Part shown: in pieces, positions 23,282 through 35,819 of the stretch
Position numbering within the stretch: the stretch's first letter is position 1
How the letters are laid out: each line of letters starts with the position of its first letter
Assembly (NCBI GenBank): GCA_002269645.1
Contig: NIVC01000460.1
Location: 1 to 64,000 of the forward strand
DNA from: Macrostomum lignano
Lineage: Eukaryota
Direction of reading: 5' to 3'
DNA: 64,000 nt
Position numbers and translations under genes: made by a program
The notes under the pieces: generated by a model
Database searches by the model: none
What the model saw: only the letters and a program-made list of their open reading frames with translations
Told to the model about the DNA's origin: nothing

Positions 23282-23490
23282 GCAGGCCCTATCTGGCTCA
23301 GCCAATGAGAGAGCAGCGAGGAGAGAGGTCAAAGTTAGACGGACGAAACTCAGTCTTGAGGGCAGGCCCAATCTAGCTCAGCCAATCAGAGAGCAGTAAG
23401 GAAAGAGATAAAAGTCACAGACGGACGAACCTCAGTCCAGGCCCAATCTAGCTCAGCCAATGAGAGAGCAGTAAGGAAAGAGGTCAAAGT
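23282..23490. promoter_or_regulatory. Three 75-80 bp tandem units each with an NF-Y-type CCAAT box
   Basis: CAGCCAATG/CAG at 23302, 23382, 23457 between the EPT1 3' end and the cytospin 5' end; promoter function is inference. Confidence 0.4.
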
Positions 23491-24006
23491 AACACACAAG
23501 CGGGCAAGATAAAAGCCAAACTGTTTTTTAAATCGGCCTGGGCTGGGGGCACCGCCCCTTTTCTCTCTTGTCCGCTATACACACACATTATATTTGGGAG
23601 TCGCTGCAAAAAAAAGACGAAAGGATGCAGATGATTGCTGCAATAACTTTAAATATCTTGAAAACTTAATAGTTTTTTACTATCATAAAGACAAAATTAT
23701 GTAAACAAATTAATTGTTCAGAAAAAAAATATTTCAGAATGTTAAATTATTATATAGCCAAGAAAAAAGACCTATTCGAATGTTTTATGTATGTGTCCCA
23801 CAATGGTAGATATAGTTCTTCTATAATAATATCGAGGTTCTAAAAAGGCATAACTAGCTCGTATAACACCCCGACATTACATATCTACATAACTCTAAAA
23901 AAACATGTCTTAGAAATGGTACGATCTCTATTATTATTCCAAACCGAGCAAACATACAAGAAAGCCGTTAATATCTGATAGACTAGCAGGGGAGCAATGA
24001 GCCGCC

Positions 24007-27000
24007 CTACTTAGCCTTGACGCCCTTGTCGACAATGACAAAGGCGCGCAGGCCGAAGTGGTCCAGCATTTGTCGCACAACGCAGCACCAATAGTGCAGA
24101 TGCGCGACCACAGCCACGACAGTCAGACAGCCGAGGCAGGCCAATTCGAACTGCAGCGACGATCGCCGTAGCAACAGCCCGGCAACGGTCAGACAATACA
24201 GACAGCCAAGAGTATTAAACAGTTCGCAACGAGTCTGACTCATCTGGCTGACAATCAGGCGGCACTGAAATTGAGGGAATTATGGGGGGGGGGTAACACA
24301 GATACAGGTGGGAAGGGAAGAAAGTTTGGGAAAGGACAGGGGAGAAGATAGATATTGAGGGGGGAGGGTGAGGGAGAGAGCGGGAGAGGGGGAGAGAGAG
24401 TGAGGGGAGATGGTGATGGGGAGAGGGTGATGGGAAGAGGGTGATGGCAGAGGGTGATAGGGAGAGGGTAAGGGAGGAGGGAGGAGAGGAAAGGGTGATG
24501 GGGAGAGGAAAAAGGTGAGGGGGAGAGAGGGTGAGGGGGAGAGGTGAGGTAAAGAGAGGGTGATGGGGAGATGGTGATGGGGAGATGGTGATGGGGAGAT
24601 GGTGATGGGGAGATGGTGATGGGGAGAGGGTGATGGGAAGAGGGTGATGGCAGAGGGTGATGGGGAGAGGGTGATGGGGAGAGGGTGATGAAGAGAGTGA
24701 TGGAAGAGGGTGATGGAGAGTGATGGAAGAGGGTGAAAGGGGGAAGGGGGAGGCAGAGGGACAGAGATATAGGCGAGATAGAGCGTGATAAATGTAGATA
24801 GATAGAGAGTGAAACATAGGATTAGGGTGAAGGGGCGAGAGGGAGAGGAAGACAGAGGCAGAGGATATAAAGAAGAGGATAGGGCAACTGGGACAAAAAA
24901 GTTCATATAAACTTGTCATGCAAAATTAACCATGAAATTTGCTGATTTACCAATACACCCCATCCCACCAGTGTCACAAACCTGGAACCATGCGCCCGAC
25001 CCTGTATATTTATTTGGATGAACATTCGTACGATACAGATTCCTTCATCACCTGACTAACTAAAAGTACATTTTAAAAAAACGGCGAATCAATTTAAAAC
25101 AGGCAGCCAGAAGAAGCAGTGTCCTGTCTACAAATGCGCGAGAGGGTAGAGGCACTTCAGGTATGTCGGAATTCCCCTGGAAAGAGACGCCCAGATAGAA
25201 AGGCCCACTGGCCTCGTCTGGGGTGTTGTTTAAAAAAAACCGGTAATCACACGGCAGCCCTACCGACCGACTGAAAATGTCATTCATAGCAGTGCGGGTT
25301 CTAGGACACACGACCAACTAAGAAGCTATACATGTATAATAATATAGAAATTTCCGTTGGCAAAAGAAACAGAAAAAGCAGCTGTTAAGAACTTTATAGC
25401 TTTGCTGGCAGATTTGCATATACAAAATTATATAATCCAGAAGTTGCTACGGTTTTAGTCGGATATCTGGGACAGAATAATTTTGTGAAATTTGCATTTA
25501 ACATGTGTTATATTCTTAAGTAGACTAAAGAAGTCAAGTAAGTGGAATAAAATACAATGGATTGCAAAGAGTTAATACGTATGAAAATGCGTTTGCCTGT
25601 GCAGTGAGGTGCAAACTGGCACATACCGAATCAGTATGCAAAAAGTGATATTGAATTGCATTGGACGGGCGGAATAGAGGACATAGACAGCGGAATGGGT
25701 AAATAGACAGGGCGGAATAGAGGACATAGACAGCGGAATGGGGAAGATAGACAGGGCGGAATGGGTAAATAGACAGGGCGGAATAGAGGACATAGACAGC
25801 GGAATGGGGAAGATAGACAGGGCGGAATGGGTAAATAGACAGGGCGGAATGGGGGAGATAGACAGGGCGGAATGGGTAAATAGACAGGGCGGAATGGGGA
25901 GATAGACAGGGCGGAATGGGGGAGATAGACAGGGTGGAATGGGGAGATAGACAGGGCGGAATGGGTAAATAGACAGGGTGGAATGGGGAGATAGACAGGG
26001 TGGAATGGGGAGATAGACAGGGCGGAATGGGGAGATGGACAGGGCGGAATGGGGGAGATAGACAGGGCGGAATGGGTAAATAGACAGGGCGGAATGGGGG
26101 AGATAGACAGGGTGGAATGGGGAGATAGACAGGGCGGAATGGGTAAATAGACAGGGTGGAATGGGGAGATAGACAGGGTGGAATGGGGAGATAGACAGGG
26201 CGGAATGGGGAGATGGACAGGGCGGAATGGGGGAGATAGACAGGGCAGAATGGGGAGATAGACAGGGCGGAATGGGGAGATAGACAGGGCGGAATGGGGG
26301 AGATAGACAGCGGAATGGGGGAGATAGACAGCGGAATGGGGAGATAGACAGCGGAATGGGGGAGATAGACAGCGGAATGGGGAGATAGACAGCGGAATGG
26401 GGAGATAGACAGGGCGGAATGGGGAGATAGACAGCGGAATGGGGAGATAGACAGGGCGGAATGGGGAGATAGACAGGGCGGAACGGGGAGATAGACAGGG
26501 CGGAATTAGCGACAATGGAACTCACAGCGATATTGGTGAACACGGTGCCAAAGGCGGTGAAGAACAGTCGCGGCGAAGCGTGCAAAACATTGTTAGGCGA
26601 ATAATAGGCCCAAGCGGCTGATGAGGCCAACAGAAGAAGGGCCGCGGCCAGAGGTTCGACAGACGCTACCAGGCCTGACTTCCGGTTGGTTCCAGCCCGG
26701 AATGCCTTGGCCACATTGTAGATCGTCAGCGGCACGCACAGGGTCCAGAATCCGCCTATGGGGATGATGAAGAATAAGGCGGGTGGGGGATTTTTGTTGG
26801 CGATTTTCTATGGAGATTTTTAATGTCAGTGACGATTCTGGTAGTTGCTACGGACAATACAAGTTTGCTAGACACAATTCTAGATTATTTCTAAGGTCAA
26901 TTCTAGATTGTTGCTAAAGCTAATTTGATGATTTCTAGGGACGATTCTAGATCGTTGCTAGGGGCGATTCTAGATCGTTGCTAGGGGCGATTCTAGATGG

Positions 27001-28068
27001 TTGCTAGGCACGATTCTAGATGGTTGCTAGGGACGATTCTAGATTGTTGCTAGGGGCGATTCTAGGTGGTTGCTAGGCACGATTCTAGATGATTGCTAGG
27101 GGCGATTCTAGATCGTTGCTAGGGGCGATTCTAGGTGGTTGCTAGGGACCATTCTAGATGGTTGCTAGGGACGATTCTAGGTGGTTGCTAGGGACGATTC
27201 TAGATGGTTGCTAGGGACGATTCTAGGTGGTTGCTAGGCACGATTCTAGATGGTTGCTAGGGGCGATTCTAGGTGGTTGCTAGGGACGATTCTAGATGGT
27301 TGCTAGGGACGATTCTAGGTGGTTGCTAGGCACGATTCTAGATGGTTGCTAGGGGCGATTCTAGGTGGTTGCTAGGCACGATTCTAGATGGTTGCTAGGG
27401 GCGATTCTAGGTGGTTGCTAGGCACGATTCTAGATAGTTGCTAGGGACGATTCTAGGTGGTTGCTAGGGACGATTCTAGGTGGTTGCTAGGCACGATTCT
27501 AGATGGTTGCTAGGGGCGATTCTAGGTGGTTGCTAGGCACGATTCTAGATGGTTGCTAGGGACGATTCTAGATGATGGGTAGGCGCCACTTTGATCGTTG
27601 CTAGGACGGATTATTTTGTTTACTAGAGGCAACTCGGAAAGCAATTTTTTGCAAAGCAAAAAAGGTACGATTATTTTGGCACCAGCTGCTGCCTTACCGT
27701 ACACAACAGCCACAGCAATATCCGGGTAGGTGAAGTCTCCGATGGCGAAATCCTGCCAGAAATCAGTGCCTAGCACGTAGGTGGCGAGGTAAAGGCCGAC
27801 CAGAGCGACCTGGGAGAGGTTCAAGTTTAGATGGGATTTTCTTTTAATGGAAGCAAAGAGGATTTAGTATTTAAGAGCAGTTCAAAGCCATAGTCGATCC
27901 ACAGCCAGTTCAGAGCAGCAGAGCAGCTCGACGCTCTTCTATGTGCTCAGGAGTCAGCAGAGTGGGCACGATCGCCTCAGCGCTGCTTGTGGGACGGCAC
28001 CAGGGTGCTCGCTGAAGCATGCATACATGGGTGCACCCGCTCACACAGGGACACACAGACAGACAGGC

Positions 28069-28127
<59 letters not shown>

Positions 28128-28128
28128 A

Positions 28129-28173
<45 letters not shown>

Positions 28174-28214
28174 CACAGACAGACAGGCAGACAGACAGAC
28201 AGACAGACAGACAC

Positions 28215-28261
<47 letters not shown>

Positions 28262-28262
28262 C

Positions 28263-28293
<31 letters not shown>

Positions 28294-28326
28294 CACAGAC
28301 AGACAGACAGACAGACACACAGACAC

Positions 28327-28357
<31 letters not shown>

Positions 28358-31300
28358 CACAGACACACAGACAGACAGACAGACAGACAGACACACAGAC
28401 AGACAGACAGACAGACACACAGACAGACAGACAGACAGACACACAGACAGACAGACAGACAGACAGCCCTCACCTGGCTGAGATCGTAGCCCCACGGCAG
28501 GAACAGCACTCCGGTGACGTATTTCTCCCAGTGGGACAGGTAGAACTGGCCCATCACGGCCAGGTAGATCAAGTAGAGCCTGCCCGGATCAACCCCGAAT
28601 CTGCCGCGGCCAAACACGGCGTGGGCAATCATGGGGTACAGCAGGGTGGTCCACGAGTCCAGGCCGTGGTCCAGCAGCTCGCCAACTGGGGAGCCGGTGC
28701 CCGTCCTGCGGGCCTGCTTGCCGTCCATGCCGTCTGAGGGGATCGAGGGCGATTCTATCTGAGTTTCTCATGCAGTCTATCTGAGTTTCTCATACAGTCT
28801 ATCTGAGTTTCTCATACAGTCTATCTGAGTTTCTCATGCAGTCTATCTGAGTTTCTCATGCAGTCTATCTCAGTTTCACATACAATCTATCTCAGTTTCT
28901 CACGGCCACCTGAGTTTCTCATACAGTCTATCTCAGTTTCTCATACAATCTATCTCAGTTTCTCACGGCCACCTGAGTTTCTCATACAGTCTATCTCAGT
29001 TTCTCATACAATCTATCTCAGTTTCTTACGGCCACCTGAGTTTCTCATACAGTTTATCTCAGTTTCTCACGGCCACCTGAGTTTCTCATACAGTCTATCT
29101 CAGTTTCTCACGGCCACCTGAGTTTCTCATACAGTCTATCTCAGTTTCTCACGGCCACCTGAGTTTCTCATACAGTCTATCTCAGTTTCTCACGGCCACC
29201 TGATTTTCTCATACAGTCTCTATCTGAAGCTCATAATTTACTTTACAATTGAACCATCAATCAATAAATCAATGCAGCGATTACCCAATGTGTGCGACAT
29301 GAACCCCAGTGCTGCACTAGCCAGCCAGAATCCAGCTGGAATAGCTGGAAACTGGGAATACTCAGCAGATGAAGCGTACATCTCAGGATCGAAGTACACA
29401 GCCAATAGGGCATTGACAACCAGGCAGAGGAAGCCAGTGACAGTTAGCAGGTTAGGCGCCAACCATCGAGGCAGGAACTGCAATTTCAAGTGTTTAATAA
29501 TTATGCTTTTATGGCATGTACAAAGCTATACTAGACTAATTAATTAATTATTATTATTGCTTACCTGGACAAGCCAGCCCCAAAATGGATGCATCACGTA
29601 GTTGGAGAACGGGCTCGTGTCCTGAGATGAATACTAATATAAAGAATGGTAGATGAAGGAGATATTTTAGTTATTACAATTAGCTTTGACACAACCTCTA
29701 TATATGCTTATATGTTAGATAGAAATACCAATTAAGTTCCCTTAAAATTCTGTGCCCCCAACAAAAATTTAGCTTTAAATTCTAACCAATCTCATTTTAA
29801 AAACATTTACATTTGACTTTTATTCATATATCTACATTTCATTCATTTTATTGATATATTATTAAACCAACATTCAAAGGCCAAAATACATTTCATAGTA
29901 ATGAGTAATGAATATTTATAATTCATAGTGCTTAAGCTAGATTAATAAACAGTTTTTAGCTAAGTTAAAAATAAACACATTTTGATTTTTTAAAATTATC
30001 CATAGACTTGATAATTGATACATTTTAGAATTAACAATGAATGATAATGATAAATCAATCTTCTATGAATATCATTTATGCTGGTCACATTACTTTGTTT
30101 TAAGAAGTAGCAATTTTCTTTTTTGTTTTATTCTCATTTTTTCTATTGCCTCTTGTTACAAAGTCATTTCGATATAGCCAACTATATATCCTGAATGAAT
30201 GATCTCCTATGCAAAGAACTATATAGAGCATATGTAAAATCCCCAAATTGAAAAGTTTGGCCATAACCAAAAATTTTCTATATTCATATCTGTAGCTTAA
30301 TCTATATTTTTTATAGTTTATCAATATTTATATCTTATAACTTATAACTTTCCTATAACTTCCTTAAATTTTAATGAAGTTAACCCTGATGGCAACAGTT
30401 AATTTATCATTTACAATATAACATAATAAGAAAGTAGAGTGATAGCAATAATTTAAACTTTCAGTCATTAAAAGTGTCTTATTTATTTATTATACAAAAA
30501 TAATGACTAGGATTATATTTATCTTAACTTTAGTCTTACTAGCCCAACCATGCTATTTACATATAGCATCAAAAATCTATATTGCTTGAGTCTAACTCTA
30601 AGGACTTATTGGAGTTCCTTTCACAAAAGCTCTTAAACTAGCAACATTTCTTTATTTCCATAGCATTTCAATCGTCTTTAATTCTTGGTCATTGAGTGGC
30701 CAAGATCTATTAGATGTATGCTTATAAGAAAATCTTCCAATAACCATATTCAGCCTACTCTTACTGCTTAAGGAATGGCAAAATAATGTAATAAAATATA
30801 TGTGTCTGGTCATCCAAAAAGTTCTTGCACTTATTTCTTTGGATTTGATAGCTTATAGATGTGGTTGTGTTTCATTTTAACTTTGAAATTTTAATATCCA
30901 ATAAAAATGCATGTCTTTTGAATCAATATGGCTTATAATGCTCATTGGAATTATTATTTAAACCAATCATCTCTAGCTATGAAAATGAACATATAATATT
31001 CAAAATTCTTATTTCTTTGCTTTCCAAAATTAAACATAATAGTTTATTATATTTTTTTCTAAAATGGGTTGTTTTATAGGTCTGGCTTAGAGTGGCTCAT
31101 AAATCATTGGTAGCTTTAGTCTTAACTATGTACCATGCATAGAAATATTTATTCTATATGCCTCAGTTAAATGGGTTCCTTATTTGTGCTGCACATGGGG
31201 GTAGGAAATGGCAGCTATAAGTATATGCATCTGATGGACTGGGATGGACTATTGCATATAGAAAAATATTTTACTTATGACATACAAACAATGTTACATG

Positions 31301-34047
31301 CTAATGCAAGCAGTGCAGAGGCACCCTAAACCTTATCAGGACATTAAAAGTACTAATTAAAAGAACTGCTGCCACCCAATACCAGAAATATTATAGGTAC
31401 TGGTTGTTTCAGTGACAAGTCATTTTGGTGACAGATGTTTTGGTGACAAATAGTTGTTTCAGTAACAAGTTGCTTTTGTTACAGACACTTTTTTGATAAA
31501 AAATTAGACTTTATAAGTATAGTCATTTTAGTCACAGCAAGTGCTAAAATATCAGCTTGTAATTTTTTGTGAAGATTTATGTTTTATTCATATTTGAAAA
31601 TTTCTGTCAATATTAGTATATTTAGGAAAAGAAATTAAACTAATTACATGGTTTTCTTTCTGTGCAGATTGTTTTGAATTGTCCCAGAATATTCAGACAC
31701 ATAAACATAAAGCTATAGAAAATCCTCATGAAATGCTGACTATGAGAAAAGCAGATATTCACTAGACACAATTGTAATTATATTGATATAAATTCAAAAG
31801 ATTGCAACTCTGGAATTGTAAATAAACAAAATTAAATAAAGCAATACTCAGCCATTGCAGAAAATTATTAAAAAGTCAAGGTTTGATATCCCTTAAGATT
31901 TGCAAGGTAATTTATGGTTTAAAAACAAAATGGCAATATCATTTTATTCTTTTTTATTCAATAAAAGTTTTTTTCAATTTTATTATTTGCACTAAATTTC
32001 TGAAGTGAACCATCACCAAAGGGTATTTTTCTTGTCACCAAAATGACTTTTGCTTGTCACCGAAATGTCTTGTCACCAAAACAACTGTAATCCCATATTA
32101 TATAGCTGTATTGCTAAAAACTTGATTGCTTAGCTACTTAGTTTCAACTTAAGCACTTGAACTATAGCTTTATCTACTTACTATAGGACCTAGACCTTGC
32201 ACTTTCTGACTAGACCTATTATCTATTCTTGTCTTATATTCTCAAGTATATATCTATGGACTATGCAGAGATTTTATTGTAGGTTATCCATTGTGCAAAT
32301 CAAATATATAAATTTGCATTGTTTATATCAAATAGTTATAAATGCATGCCAAAAAATTGAGTGCATGCCCATTCTCAAAACTACACCAGTGTTGCGACAA
32401 TAAATGAATGTTTTACAATGTGACAATAAATAACCTTTTTGAATTGCATAATAGATTGCATAATTGATCCTTTTTGGCAGATAATTTGGTTAATTTTTCT
32501 GCTTTTTCAACAATACTAATTCAAATGAAAATTGATACATTCAAAAATTTGTTTTTAAATGCTTTATTATAACCTTAAAAACTTGGAAAGCTTGAAATTT
32601 ACATTTAAGAATGAACTTTTTTTTATATTTTTTAAACTTTACAACAAATCTTCCACATGATTTTATAAAGTGCACACCAGGTATACACATATACTATTTT
32701 CTTAAGAGTGATACACACCAACTATGTATGCCTACTTTTGACATGCAAGGCCAATGCACACCTGAATTTTTGGGCATATACTACCCATAGTCAAGAAGGT
32801 GGCCTTTTTGCTTGAAAATTCCAGCATGCATTAGCCCTTCATAGTTCATTTGGCATGCATTTGGCATACTCAAATCTTAAAAAATTGCATTTGGCATACT
32901 GTATACACAACAAAATTGCTTTTGGCATACAATAAGTGGTATACAAAGCTATTTGAAAATGCAAGTATCTTCAGTTTCTATAACAAAAAATATCAACATT
33001 TCAAAGGAAAATGTTATAGTTAAAAGATAACAAGAATGCAAATAGAAAAAATAATATTAATAGAATGTGATAGTGCTATTTAATTAAGTACTAGGACTTT
33101 GTGAAACTGCACATTGTTGTAAAGGAAAAATAGACACAACATTTATTTTGTTATAATATAAATATAAATGTCAAACATAAAAATGGAAAAAAGGTCCTTT
33201 ATTATTGCAGTGCAAAAATAAAGTTGCATAACTTTTTAATTTTGGCATACATGACAATCATATTTCCAATTTTTGGCATACTTGGGGCACATAGGAACCT
33301 TTTCCCGAATTTAATTCTGGCATGCACATGCCACCTTCCTGAATATAGTATATTATATTATCCAAAGTATAGTTTATATCTTAGCTTATGAGCTACAATC
33401 AATATAAAAAACATGAAAATACTTTAATTATATAAGGTAAAATAATAAAACATGATTATAAATATTATATATTTAAAATATTTGCATATTTTAGAATTTA
33501 GGAGTAAACAAAGAACATTATATAAACTAAAAATGTCTTAGAATACTTTTTTAAATAAAAGCTTTGATTATAATTACTAAATAATATTTGTAAACATAGG
33601 CCTAACCAAGTTCAAAATAAAATAGCTGGCATAGGTACTAAAATGATTATTACCAAAGGATAGGCCCTATTTCTATGGTATTGTCACTGAAATGATTTTG
33701 CATGTTACTAGTGATTGTCACTAAGAGGAAGATAAGGACTATAAATTGAAAGGTATAATTGCTCAAGTTGTATATTATCTGATGCAAAATGTAATAGTAC
33801 AAGCTTATACAATAAAGATCTAGACCTATATATATATATAGGCCAATATTATATTAGGCCAATAGAAATCTAGCCTAAGATGTGCAGATTTGCATAATAT
33901 GGGGCCTAGCTCTAATGTAATTTTGCAATTGAAAACTCATTGAGTCTTTTTACAATAAATAACCCATACTTTTACCTTGTAACGATCAAATCCTTTTATA
34001 ACATCACTGTTCAGATATTTGTAGTAGAAAAGTCTCATCAAGCCCAT
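24007..34047 (-). CDS. EPT1: Ethanolaminephosphotransferase 1 / SELENOI-like CDP-alcohol phosphotransferase (about 395 aa, 7 coding exons)
   Basis: Exons 34047(or ATG 34038)-33976, 29633-29565, 29477-29285, 28733-28474, 27809-27698, 26755-26526, 24264-24007 with GT-AG and consistent phases. [58 protein letters not shown] catalytic motif, [21 protein letters not shown]. Possible 5' UTR exon with donor at 35356. Confidence 0.93.
24300..24865. repeat. Purine-rich repeat (GGTGATGGGGAGA)
   Basis: EPT1 last intron. Confidence 0.88.
25668..26506. repeat. 22-bp minisatellite AGACAGGGCGGAATGGGGAGAT
   Basis: EPT1 last intron. Confidence 0.93.
26930..27572. repeat. 23-bp minisatellite GATTCTAGATGGTTGCTAGGGAC
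   Basis: EPT1 intron 5. Confidence 0.93.
28052..28466. repeat. (GACA)n microsatellite
   Basis: EPT1 intron 4. Confidence 0.95.
28755..29225. repeat. 22-bp minisatellite TCTATCTGAGTTTCTCATACAG
   Basis: EPT1 intron 3. Confidence 0.92.
30060..31250 (-). pseudogene. Heavily decayed coding remnant, probably transposon-derived (family not assignable)
   Basis: Minus-strand frames read as protein-like for hundreds of codons if TAA/TAG/TGA are reverted to CAA/CAG/CGA (e.g. [29 protein letters not shown]; [19 protein letters not shown]). Confidence 0.35.
31396..32093. mobile_element. MITE-like element with subterminal TTTTGGTGACAAG repeats in inverted orientation
   Basis: Left GGTTGTTTCAGTGACAAGTCATTTTGGTGACA mirrored by right TGTCACCAAAATGAC..TTGTCACCAAAACAACTG; exact ends and TSD unclear. 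Confidence 0.55.
32788..33345. mobile_element. Possible MITE with 17-bp imperfect TIR
   Basis: ATAGTCAAGAAGGTGGC ... GCCACCTTCCTGAATAT; internal TTTGGCATAC repeats; TSD not found. Confidence 0.35.
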
Positions 34048-35819
34048 GACTAAAATTTGAACTCTTAGAAAATATTTGAAGAGTACTTAATTTTATTTAT
34101 TATAGTTCACTTTTTTACGAGGTCTTTGTGTCTATTATAGCTTATTTAAACTGTTTAGACAAGAAAACAGTCGATTTTAGAAGCAATTGACTACGATGAA
34201 GTGATAAAATTAAAAAATCTATGCAACAATCTATTTCCAACTTCCACAAACCAACAACACCTGACACCAATATTTCTCGATCTAAGTTCACCCACGCCGG
34301 AATCTCGCTTCAAAAAAGTTCCTACTTTCTTCGAAACGAATAGTAGCGTTCTAAACGGTGTTTCCAAATCTGGAGGTTGGATTCCTGTCGCTTATTTCAA
34401 ATACTGGCCACTTTCTCTAACAAACTGCTCTATGATGAGGTGAGTCATTTTCATCCGCTAATCAAGCTAGAAAGTCGTGAAATTCACTTTAGTTTTGTTC
34501 ACTCTGTCAAATTCAACTGCATCAGGCGCGGATGCAGAAAGATTTTAAGCTAGGCAACATAAATACAAAGCCATTCCGAAAGGTAAACGTAGAGAGAAAT
34601 CGTCATATCTTCTACAAGCGATCTATACCCGCATACGTCCTCTTAGTTAGTTCTTGCAGGTAATGATGACAAAGAATTTAAAGTCGCTGCATGCATGTAC
34701 ATGGGTATGGTCATGGGACATGAAAAGGATATGAAAAGGACATGGGTATGGTCATAAAAAGCAGGTGAAATTTTTGCTTCTCCGCTGGCTGAACGATATC
34801 GACAGTTTTCCCCAGCATAGTTAAAAAGCCCATAGGCAAATTGAATGCGACACGGTATAACTACTATATGAGAGTTATATACGACTCGTAGCTTAACTAT
34901 ATAACGGCTGCCCTTCGTGTCCCCCCTCCCGATCGACTTGTTTATCTACAGTCGTCATACTCTGCTGCGCTGCGGCGACACGTGGGTCGACACCAACCGG
35001 AGAGACAGCGCAGCGTGCTTATAACAACGCCGACGATCTCGCCCTGGCTGTCCTGTTGAGGGCGCCCAGCGATAGCTTCTTTGCTGTTGAGTCAAGTGTC
35101 GGCTTGGTGAACCTGTCGGCCTAAGACCATGTGCCCCGCGTGCCGGATGACGTATCGAGGCTACAATTGTGAGCAGAGGCGCAAATGTGGACAGGCGACG
35201 GAGCTTCCGCGATTTCAGCAGTTCATCCAACTCGGCAGCCTGGCTCCCGACTTCTGTGAGGATCTACGTCGTCGCCACGTGGGCTTGTCTGGGCTGCCCT
35301 TCGTTCCCCCCCCCCCCCGAGGGCAGTCCAGCAGTCAGAGAGGTCCTACACGTACCTGATCGGTTGGCGTTGCTCCAGGCGGTGGTCCAAACCGTCTGAA
35401 TGCTGGACGCTGAGACTGACGGACTCGCTCAAGCAGCAAGTTGACGCCGCAAGTTGGCCATTTTCTCAAAATGTATTTGTTGTCAATATGTTCCTTCTAT
35501 GTAAATACCGCATGTGTCATTCGATCGTCGCAAAGTCAAACACTAGCTAGTCAATAATGATTTATTCGCTTAAAATAGGAAAATCGATAACTTCGATCGC
35601 GATAAATCATTTGGGTTCTTATAGAAAACAACAATCAATTCTTGTTTATTAATTATGGTACTTAAAAAATACGAGCTATATAGCTTTACCGAAGAATCTT
35701 CACTTTCAAATAGTTAAGGCCATCGTGGCAACAGACAGGGAAATTAAAACAAATCAATTACTCGAAATGTCATCCGTCAATCAAAATTTTCAAGAATTGA
35801 ATTAACCGAGTCCTGATCT

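Noticed and set aside
24007-24030. Possible selenocysteine in the SELENOI homolog
   Set aside because: Frame ends [11 protein letters not shown] with no in-frame TGA; non-Sec homologs are usual in invertebrates.
34856-34910. TAACTATATAACGG resemblance to the I-CeuI/23S site
   Set aside because: Too short and AT-rich to be distinguishable from chance.
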